DNA of 64,000 nt from IMG/VR virus record IMGVR_UViG_3300014208_000027, positions 128,001-192,000 of that record. The stretch is one strand, 5' to 3'. The notes beneath the pieces were generated by a model, which worked only from the letters and a program-made list of their open reading frames with translations, made no database searches and was not told the origin of the DNA. Source of the stretch: a virus. Lineage: Duplodnaviria > Caudoviricetes. Shown here in pieces: positions 47,421 through 54,612 of this stretch; the stretch's first letter is position 1; every line of letters starts with the position of its first letter. A program made the position numbers and the translations under genes.

Positions 47421-48269
47421 ATGTCTAGAAACAACGATAAACTTGTAGGTACTCTACCCGATGATAGCTTACCTATTATGTCACAAGATAATTCTAATTC
47501 ACAACTTAATTTTATTACGCCTACTCAACTTGTAGATTTGCCTTCTAAGGGTAGATTTTATCCAGATGGCCATCCTTTGAAAGATAAAGAAGATGTTGAA
47601 ATGCTTTTTATGTCTGCTAAAAGTGAGGACATTCTAACTAACAAATCTTTTATTAAGAAAGGCGTAGCTATTGATAGAATGCTATCGTCTCTTCTAGTAG
47701 ATAAAAATTTAGATCTTGACTCGCTTCTTATTGGCGATAAGAACGCTATGATCATTGAAGCGAGGATTAGTGGTTACGGTAGCGAATATAAAACTAAATT
47801 TACATGCCCTACGTGTGGAGAATCTCAAGACTATGAGTTTGATCTTGACACTGCAAAGAAAATAAACTTTGGTGAAGATGTAGAAGAGGTTAGTGAAGTT
47901 ACTGCTCAAGGAACATTTGTTGTTACTTTACCCCGCAGTAAGGCGTTGGTAGAGTGTAAGTTGTTAACAGGTAAAGATGAAAAAGAGTTAGCATTTTTAC
48001 AGGAAAAGAAAAAGAAACATAACCTACCTGATTCTTTAATGACAGATCAATTGAAAATGTTCATTGTAGCTGTCAATGGGGATAGTAGCAAAGAAAAAGT
48101 TTCTAGAGCAGTAGAGACTATGCCAGCTATTGATTCTAGGTGGCTAAGAAGCGTTTACAAAAAGGTTAATCCTAATATGACACTTAAGCAGGAGTTCACC
48201 TGCAAGGCTTGTGCCAGCGCCGAGGAGGTGGATGTGCTGCTCGGCACAAGCTTTTTTTGGCCTAACTAG
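47421..48269 (+). CDS. Tail/baseplate-hub assembly chaperone (gp26-like; short form)
   Basis: VDLPSKGRFYP, EDILT, LLIGDKNAMIIEARISGYG, CPTC...CKAC, ends FFWPN*. Confidence 0.75.
   Translation: MSRNNDKLVGTLPDDSLPIMSQDNSNSQLNFITPTQLVDLPSKGRFYPDGHPLKDKEDVEMLFMSAKSEDILTNKSFIKKGVAIDRMLSSLLVDKNLDLDSLLIGDKNAMIIEARISGYGSEYKTKFTCPTCGESQDYEFDLDTAKKINFGEDVEEVSEVTAQGTFVVTLPRSKALVECKLLTGKDEKELAFLQEKKKKHNLPDSLMTDQLKMFIVAVNGDSSKEKVSRAVETMPAIDSRWLRSVYKKVNPNMTLKQEFTCKACASAEEVDVLLGTSFFWPN
48252..48258 (+). promoter_or_regulatory. Putative +1 frameshift site TTT TTT T
   Basis: Phe-Phe codons can re-pair in the +1 frame, which stays open to 48435. Confidence 0.65.
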
Positions 48270-48435
48270 CGAGTATTCCAAAGCTATTTACGATATCTTT
48301 TTTCAAATGAAGTATCATGGAAATTTTTCTTTGTTTGAGTTGTATAATCTACCAGTGCAGATAAGAAGTTATTTTCTAGAGAAGCTGTCAGAGCAGATAA
48401 ACAAAGAAAACGAAGCCGCTAACAAATCTCACTAA
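48253..48435 (+). CDS. Frameshifted C-terminal extension of the tail chaperone
   Basis: FFGLTSEY...FFQMKYHG.FSLFELYNLPVQIRSYFLEKL; no SD-led start of its own nearby. Confidence 0.65.
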   Translation, partial: FFGLTSEYSKAIYDIFFQMKYHGNFSLFELYNLPVQIRSYFLEKLSEQINKENEAANKSH

Positions 48436-48452
48436 CAATAGTTAAATTTCTT
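48380..48452 (+). repeat. 73-bp imperfect direct repeat, left copy
   Basis: 61/73 identical to 49541-49613, ungapped. Confidence 0.9.
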
Positions 48453-48464
48453 TCTAATTAGGAT

Positions 48465-49553
48465 ATGTCATTTAACTTCAAGTCTTTAATCCAAGACAGC
48501 CTTATAAATAACAAGCGAATTCTTTGGGAAAACCTTTCAGAAAGGTATTACCCTGATGAATTTAAAAATGTCTTTCCGGATAAAGAAGCTGCCTATGATA
48601 AAATCAATAGACAAGTTAGCCAACGAGCGTTCATTCCTTTTGTTTTGAAAAATTCAGATGATTATGATGTTGATGAACTTGTAAAACTTGTTAATTACTA
48701 TTATATGCTTATTCGTAGTGGTGTAATTGATAAGTTCATACGACAAACCAAAACTCGTTTAGATGTCAAAGATATCAATAGTTGGAAAAATGTAGAGAGT
48801 CTCAAATCTTTTTTGAAATCTGTAGCTGGATTCGCTCAAGAAACAGAAAATAAAACAAAGGTAATTGGTGGAACAAACATTTACGAAGACAAAAGTTCTG
48901 TAGTTATTTTTATGCACACTTCAAATCTTTTTCTCGAAGAAGAAGATATTTCTATGAAAGAAAGTTTGTTTAGTCGTTATTTGAAACTTGGGAAAATGGT
49001 TTATGTGATAGCGGATAGATTGCAAGAAGGCTTTAAAAAAACTTTTGTTGTCGTTAATATCGATGGTTCTCGTGAAGACTCTTTGTTGGAAAGTATAGCA
49101 GTTGAGTGGAAAGATAAAAAGATTATGAATGCTATTGACACTCACCATAAACAAGGATTAAAGAACTGGATAAAACAACATGAAGAAGTAATAAATTGGA
49201 AAGGTGTTTCTTACAGCGAGATTTTACCAGAAGAATTCATTGACGTATTTCAAGATAAAGTTGATTGGACTTATGTTTCTCAAAAACAAAAACTGTCTGA
49301 ATCTTTCATTGAAAAGCACGAACATCTTGTCAACTGGAAAGAAATTGCTAAGCATCAAACATTGTCGGCAGAGTTTATTTACAAGTATCAGAAGCAACTT
49401 CCCTGGAGTTTATTATCGTTAAATCCAAACATTCCAGATTCGGTTAAAGAAAAATACAGGAAGTCTACTGCGGCTGGGAAACCTTTACATAATAGTGTTA
49501 TGCAAAGTAGAGGACCGGGAAATCAGTTCATCAAGAGGGAAGAAGCTGACTGA
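48465..49553 (+). CDS. Accessory protein: MSFNFK leader, IPFV domain, Trp repeats
   Basis: CTAATTA 4 nt before the ATG; ~23-aa LxExFIxKxxxxVxW repeats at the C-terminus. Confidence 0.7.
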   Translation: MSFNFKSLIQDSLINNKRILWENLSERYYPDEFKNVFPDKEAAYDKINRQVSQRAFIPFVLKNSDDYDVDELVKLVNYYYMLIRSGVIDKFIRQTKTRLDVKDINSWKNVESLKSFLKSVAGFAQETENKTKVIGGTNIYEDKSSVVIFMHTSNLFLEEEDISMKESLFSRYLKLGKMVYVIADRLQEGFKKTFVVVNIDGSREDSLLESIAVEWKDKKIMNAIDTHHKQGLKNWIKQHEEVINWKGVSYSEILPEEFIDVFQDKVDWTYVSQKQKLSESFIEKHEHLVNWKEIAKHQTLSAEFIYKYQKQLPWSLLSLNPNIPDSVKEKYRKSTAAGKPLHNSVMQSRGPGNQFIKREEAD

Positions 49554-49613
49554 GCAAATTAGTAAAGAAAATGAAAGTGCTAATAAATCTCACTAGCAAT
49601 AGTTAAATTTCTT
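49541..49613 (+). repeat. 73-bp imperfect direct repeat, right copy
   Basis: Translates as KLTEQISKENESANKSH* versus KLSEQINKENEAANKSH* in the left copy. Confidence 0.9.
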
Positions 49614-49803
49614 CAAAAAGACCTTTCGTTGGATAATACTTAATAGTTTGACCTTCTTCAAAAAAATATAAAAAATATGATCCTGGAAATCGTTTATCAT
49701 CAAAATCTTTAGTGCTTTTATAAAGAACCAAGGCAATTTGCCCAGCGCCAGTATAATATGACGTTTCGTTCATCCGAACAAGCATTCCTGGTTTAAACTT
49801 CAT
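49603..49803 (-). CDS. Small SH3/KOW-like hypothetical protein
   Basis: MKFKPGMLVRM; its stop lies inside the right repeat. Confidence 0.6.
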   Translation of the reverse strand: MKFKPGMLVRMNETSYYTGAGQIALVLYKSTKDFDDKRFPGSYFLYFFEEGQTIKYYPTKGLFEEI

Positions 49804-49809
49804 CTAGCT

Positions 49810-50055
49810 CTATCCTCGGAACACACAATAAACAACAAATGCAATTAGTAGAAGGTAAATAATCACTAGTCTGAATTGGACATCCGGCATTTCTCTAGAA
49901 AACGGTATTTGACTAGAGCCTGTCTTCTCTCCCAGTATATGATCTGCGGATTTCTGACCCAGCGCGACTTCTAGTCCTCCTCTGATCTTTGTGCCAGCAC
50001 TAGTCAAACTATCGTCTTTGGTAACGCCAAATAGGTCTAGTAAATTTTGTGACAT
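49810..50055 (-). CDS. Small protein with a C-terminal TM helix
   Basis: FRLVIIYLLLIAFVVYCVF; follows a sigma70-type promoter. Confidence 0.55.
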   Translation of the reverse strand: MSQNLLDLFGVTKDDSLTSAGTKIRGGLEVALGQKSADHILGEKTGSSQIPFSREMPDVQFRLVIIYLLLIAFVVYCVFRG

Positions 50056-50099
50056 GTCTTATCCCCGCGTTAGGTTGTTTTTTTCTTGCCTACACCTAT

Positions 50100-50127
50100 A
50101 CTCTAGCACGGCTCTTACAAAAGTCAA
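50100..50127 (-). promoter_or_regulatory. Sigma70-type promoter, antisense to the tail operon
   Basis: TTGACT-16 nt-TAGAGT with extended TG. Confidence 0.55.
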
Positions 50128-50145
50128 GTGTTCTCTAATTACTTC

Positions 50146-52617
50146 ATGGCCGACAAGTCGTTTGATGCCACAAAACTGTTAAAATCCTACCAAGAGATTG
50201 AAAAGCTTGCAGAATCTACCGTTACAAAGGCTGCTCGCCTCAATCAATTAAAAGAAGTTGAGCAAACTTTACTTGAAAAAGGAAAAACTGAACGCGAAGT
50301 TCAAGCAAGCCTTCTTGAAAAACAAGGTGAATTGCTAGGTAAACAAAAAGATAATCTTACTAACCAACAAGCTTTGATGAATCAGATTCTTGAGAAGCAC
50401 CAAGAAATTGTTAAAAATGGCGGTGAGCTTAACGATCTTCAGTTAATATACAACGAGCGCGCTCAAAAGAATTTAAACATTACTAATGACAGGTTAGAAG
50501 TTCTCAAGAAACAAACAACTGAGTTGAACAAACAAACAACTGCTTTTGAACGATTTTCTAAGCTTGAAAAAGACGCAGATAGAATCATGTCTACTCTTTT
50601 TAAGTTTAAAGGTGCTGAGTGGGAAACAACTGCGCTAGGTTCTTTATTTAAGTCACTGTCAAAAGACGGTCTGATGGCTAGTTTCAAGTCTATTGGTTCT
50701 AGCATTATGACAACTATAAACCCTCTTAATTTACTTGGCAACGCTCTTGTCGATACCATCGATATGTTCAAGTCGTTTGAGGAGGCTCGTGCTAGTCTTG
50801 TTAAAGATACAGGTGTTGCTGCTTATGGTGATACGCTAAAAACCGTAGGGCAACAAAATATAACTCTTGGTATTAAATCTGAAGGTGCTTCTCAAGCATT
50901 AAAAGATCTACATAAAGAGTTTACTGATTTTACTACCCTTGGAGCGCCTGCTCAACTTCAGCTAACAACTTTTGCTGCTAGTATGGAAAAGTTAGGTGTT
51001 AGTACAAGTGTCACAAGTGCTAACATTCAAATAGCTAATAAAGTTATGGGCATGAATGCTTCTCAGGCTATGAAGAGTCAGAAAGAAATTTTATCTTTAG
51101 CTAATCAACTTAAAGTAGCACCTCAAAAGATGGCAGCAGATTTTCAAGCCGCTATGCCCAAACTAGCTGCATGGGGTAATCTAGCTATTGATAAATTTAA
51201 AGAGTTGTCAGTTGTGGCTAAGCGTACTGGTATGGATATTAACGAGTTAATAGATTGGTCTGCACAGTTTGACACATTTGAAGGTGCTGCTGATGCAGTA
51301 GGTAAATTAAATGTCATCCTAGGTGGACCTTTACTTGATTCTATGCAAATGGTTTATATGGACGAGAAGGAACGAGCACAAGCCATTAAAAAAGCTGTTG
51401 AAAGCTCTGGTCAAGCCTTTGGAACAATGTCGAAACAAATGCAACAAGCTGTTACGAAAGCCGCTGGTATGAAAGATGTAGCCACAATGGCGAAATTTAT
51501 GTCTTCAAGTTTTGAAGGCGTTGAAGCGGCAGCTAAAGCGGAAGCAGCTAGTCAAGAAAAAATGAATAAAATGATTGAAGAGGCTAGACCTTTGATGGAT
51601 AAGTTGATGGACTTTGCTAGGTCTATTACTGCTCTTGTTATGCCGGCAATAGACGCATTAGCTTGGGCTGTTGATAAACTTCATAAAGGCTTTGTGTTTT
51701 TATCTGAATATCTAGGACAAAATGGAGCAGCGGCGTTTATATTGATTATAGGAGTTGTTTCAAGATTTGTGGGCATTCTTAACATTATACCGTGGTTATT
51801 TAATAAAATTGGTATTTCTGCTGGTTTAGCAGCAATGAAGAATTTTTTCTTTGCTGAATCATCTGCAACCGCTGCCGCTGCTCAAGGTCCATTAGCCGCC
51901 GCTACCACTACAACCGGCGCAGCCATGACTTCAGCATCTCCTGGGGTATTAGCTTTTGGTGCTGGTATAGGTTTAGCTTCTGCTGGTATTGGTTTGTTAT
52001 TTTGGGGATTGTCAAAAGTTATTGATTCACTTTCTAGTTTTGCAAAAGAGTCTAAGATGTCTGCTTCTAATGTTCTGGGTTTAGCAGGTGCTTTAGGATT
52101 ATTTAGTTTAAGTGGTGCCGCAGCATCTATAAGTTTAGTTTTGTTAGCTGTTGGATTTGGTGCTTTAGCCTTATCCTTAGCTCTTATTAAAACAGATGAT
52201 TTGAAAGCTGTTGCTTTAATGTTTGCTAGTATTTCCATGATTACAACAGATACGATAGAAAATATAAATTCTGTGTCTAGTGCCATTAAAAATATGGCTA
52301 AGGCTATGGATGACTTACCTACTGATAAAACTATTAAATTTACTCAACTGTTAGATACCACTAGCAATATGACGGCAGAAAAAGTTGGTAATGTTAAAAA
52401 GTTAGTAGAAGCTACTGAGAAATATAAAAATGTTACTAACTCTACAAATACAAACGAAACGAACACTAAAACCACTAATTCAAATGTGAATACTCAAAGT
52501 TCAACAGGCACAAATAATAATAACACTAGACCGATTATCTTACAACTTGACGGAAGAGTTTTGAAAAAGTTTGTAATGGATATAGTCAATGATGAGATGA
52601 ACCCAAGGAAAATCTAA
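50146..52617 (+). CDS. Tape measure protein (start moved to ATG 50146)
   Basis: Long Ala/Gly/Lys-rich helical protein with hydrophobic C-terminal segments, ending IILQLDGRVL; follows the chaperone; CTAATTA 4 nt before the ATG. Confidence 0.85.
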   Translation: MADKSFDATKLLKSYQEIEKLAESTVTKAARLNQLKEVEQTLLEKGKTEREVQASLLEKQGELLGKQKDNLTNQQALMNQILEKHQEIVKNGGELNDLQLIYNERAQKNLNITNDRLEVLKKQTTELNKQTTAFERFSKLEKDADRIMSTLFKFKGAEWETTALGSLFKSLSKDGLMASFKSIGSSIMTTINPLNLLGNALVDTIDMFKSFEEARASLVKDTGVAAYGDTLKTVGQQNITLGIKSEGASQALKDLHKEFTDFTTLGAPAQLQLTTFAASMEKLGVSTSVTSANIQIANKVMGMNASQAMKSQKEILSLANQLKVAPQKMAADFQAAMPKLAAWGNLAIDKFKELSVVAKRTGMDINELIDWSAQFDTFEGAADAVGKLNVILGGPLLDSMQMVYMDEKERAQAIKKAVESSGQAFGTMSKQMQQAVTKAAGMKDVATMAKFMSSSFEGVEAAAKAEAASQEKMNKMIEEARPLMDKLMDFARSITALVMPAIDALAWAVDKLHKGFVFLSEYLGQNGAAAFILIIGVVSRFVGILNIIPWLFNKIGISAGLAAMKNFFFAESSATAAAAQGPLAAATTTTGAAMTSASPGVLAFGAGIGLASAGIGLLFWGLSKVIDSLSSFAKESKMSASNVLGLAGALGLFSLSGAAASISLVLLAVGFGALALSLALIKTDDLKAVALMFASISMITTDTIENINSVSSAIKNMAKAMDDLPTDKTIKFTQLLDTTSNMTAEKVGNVKKLVEATEKYKNVTNSTNTNETNTKTTNSNVNTQSSTGTNNNNTRPIILQLDGRVLKKFVMDIVNDEMNPRKI

Positions 52618-52619
52618 TA

Positions 52620-53078
52620 ATGTCTTTTAATTTTAAACAGTTACTACGAGAAGGCATTGATGAAATCAGAAAATCTAAACAGTCTGATCTAGATGAACCA
52701 GAATCTTATTTTTCTGTTAAAAGTTTAGACGCTGCAAAAGAAAAAAATGAACCTCAAGGGCATACGTTATTTAAAGCGTCACAAGAAAAAGGGCTGCCAC
52801 CAGAGTCATCTTCTACTGCTCATTATATTCCATTTGTAACAAAATATATGCGCTCTTATCCTCGTGAAGAATTGATTAGTATTTGTAAAAAGTATGATAG
52901 GGCTATGAGGACTAATCGTAAGTTTGAAAAGTTTCTTGCTATTCATTCACCAGGCAAACTTAGAATGGTTGATTTCACACCCGAAGAATTAAATAAAGTG
53001 TTAGACACCTTCCTTTCTAAACCAGGTGAAGCATCTAAAGAACTTGGTGATATTATCCAAAATCTCAAATTTCGATAG
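52620..53078 (+). CDS. Accessory protein: MSFNFK leader plus IPFV domain
   Basis: MSFNFKQLLREG; HYIPFVTKY..SY..EEL is similar to FIPFVLK...Y..DEL in 48465..49553. Confidence 0.6.
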   Translation: MSFNFKQLLREGIDEIRKSKQSDLDEPESYFSVKSLDAAKEKNEPQGHTLFKASQEKGLPPESSSTAHYIPFVTKYMRSYPREELISICKKYDRAMRTNRKFEKFLAIHSPGKLRMVDFTPEELNKVLDTFLSKPGEASKELGDIIQNLKFR

Positions 53079-53098
53079 TTTTCACTCAGCTCCTAAGA

Positions 53099-53347
53099 TT
53101 AAACTTCTTTGCTAGAATAATTTAATACTTTGATTGCTTCTTCAAATTCATCTAGTTTTTTAGATGCAAGTGAAAGCATACAGGAGAATACTGGCATATC
53201 TAAACAAACCTCTACAAAAGAAATATTTTTTGTAGCTTTATATAATAGTTTGTGTTGTGACGTGCTATCATCTAGATAACTTACTTGTAAAATCAACTGT
53301 CCTCCTTCTTCATTGTCCGCTAGAAGCATGTTACATGTTTTGTGCAT
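53099..53347 (-). CDS. Small hypothetical protein (start moved to ATG 53347)
   Basis: AAGGA SD; the TTG start given in the ORF track is the -35 box. Confidence 0.6.
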   Translation of the reverse strand: MHKTCNMLLADNEEGGQLILQVSYLDDSTSQHKLLYKATKNISFVEVCLDMPVFSCMLSLASKKLDEFEEAIKVLNYSSKEV

Positions 53348-53384
53348 TTTTTCTATCCTTTGTTGTTTGTTAGACTTCTCTTGA

Positions 53385-53413
53385 ACTATAGCAGGTTGTT
53401 TGAACTTTGTCAA
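53385..53413 (-). promoter_or_regulatory. Strong sigma70-type promoter, antisense to the tail operon
   Basis: TTGACA-17 nt-TATAGT with extended TG. Confidence 0.75.
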
Positions 53414-53454
53414 GGCGCAAAATTTAATTTCCTTCTCTTTCTAATTACAATATC

Positions 53455-54273
53455 ATGGCTTCCTATGTCTTAGGTGACAACGAAAAAAAAGATGGCATAG
53501 TTGATGCTACTTTAGTATTTACAAACCGTGAATACTTTATAGAGATTTATCACATCCCTTCAGGTCAAACTGTTCAATTTAAAGCATTCTTAACTAACTT
53601 TAGCGATAAATATAATTCTTCTTGGGACGATCAATCTGCCTATGGACGCATGGATCCTTTAAGCGCATTTAAAAATACTACACGAACTATTTCTTTAGCT
53701 TATGATGTCGTAGCTAATAGCGAAGGTGAAGCTATTGATAACATGAGAAGGGTTTCTTTATTAGCTGCTATGCTTTATCCATCTTATGATAACGACCCTC
53801 AAGGAAGTGCAACAAGTATTAATTCTGCGCCTCTACTCAAACTTAGTTTTGCTAACTGGATCAAAAATAGCAATACTATTTCTAAAAGTTCAATATCTCA
53901 AGCAAGTGGCTTGGTGGGAAAAATAAATGGTGGGCTAGCTATAACACCTAATATACCAGCAGGTATGTTTGATTCCGAAACAGGTGTCTTATATCCTAAA
54001 GAATACAAAATTTCTTTTAACTATACAGTTTTTCATACGCATAGATTAGGTTGGAATAGAGAAAGTAAAGAATTTTTCGCTAAGAACTTTCCTTATGGTG
54101 TGTCACATTTATCTAGTAATCCACCTAACAAAGTTAAAGAAGATTCTAAGAGTAACAAAACAACTCAACAAAAACAAGCGGCAGTAAATAAAATAACTAA
54201 TCGAAATGTCGTGAATGGTCAAAGTACACCAGACTTTTTTCCAGCTAGTTTACCTCAAAGTAGGGCGAAATAA
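53455..54273 (+). CDS. Baseplate tube-initiator-like protein
   Basis: FKAFLTNFSDKYNSSW....YGRMDP...FKNTTRTISL; follows the tape measure gene. Confidence 0.6.
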   Translation: MASYVLGDNEKKDGIVDATLVFTNREYFIEIYHIPSGQTVQFKAFLTNFSDKYNSSWDDQSAYGRMDPLSAFKNTTRTISLAYDVVANSEGEAIDNMRRVSLLAAMLYPSYDNDPQGSATSINSAPLLKLSFANWIKNSNTISKSSISQASGLVGKINGGLAITPNIPAGMFDSETGVLYPKEYKISFNYTVFHTHRLGWNRESKEFFAKNFPYGVSHLSSNPPNKVKEDSKSNKTTQQKQAAVNKITNRNVVNGQSTPDFFPASLPQSRAK

Positions 54274-54275
54274 TA

Positions 54276-54611
54276 ATGGCTTCACGATTAGATGGCAAAA
54301 ACATAGCTGTTAATGCTGATCCAATGTATGCTAATGTTTTTAAATCTCGTGGAGTCAATTATATTCGTCAATATACCACACAAAGATTAACTTATCCTAC
54401 GCCAGAAGAGTTAGCAGATATTCAAGACATTGGTGTTGTGTGGGGTGTTGGGGATCATCTTTGGAAGTTATCACAAAAGTATTATGGACTTCCAGAGTAT
54501 TGGTATATCATAGCGTTCTATAACCAGACTCATGAATTTAATATCAAGCCTGGACAAACAATTTATATTCCTACTCCGTTGAGTAGAATTCTCAGCATCA
54601 TAGAAGTTTAA
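54276..54611 (+). CDS. LysM-like baseplate wedge protein (gp53-like)
   Basis: GDHLWKLSQKYYG.PEYWYIIAFYN......PGQTIYIP. Confidence 0.7.
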   Translation: MASRLDGKNIAVNADPMYANVFKSRGVNYIRQYTTQRLTYPTPEELADIQDIGVVWGVGDHLWKLSQKYYGLPEYWYIIAFYNQTHEFNIKPGQTIYIPTPLSRILSIIEV

Positions 54612-54612
54612 A

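Noticed and set aside
48211-48252. GTG 48211 as the start of an independent gene
   Set aside because: It lies inside the chaperone's conserved CxxC/FFWP coding region without an SD; a frameshift explains the ORF better.
23440-53100. Duplicated gene ends flanking the other two MFNFK genes (23460 and 52620)
   Set aside because: Only short AT-rich similarities were found, not a convincing repeat.
53348-53413. ORF-track N-terminus MTKFKQ... for 53099..53413
   Set aside because: The TTG is part of a TTGACA -35 box; the SD-led ATG is at 53347.
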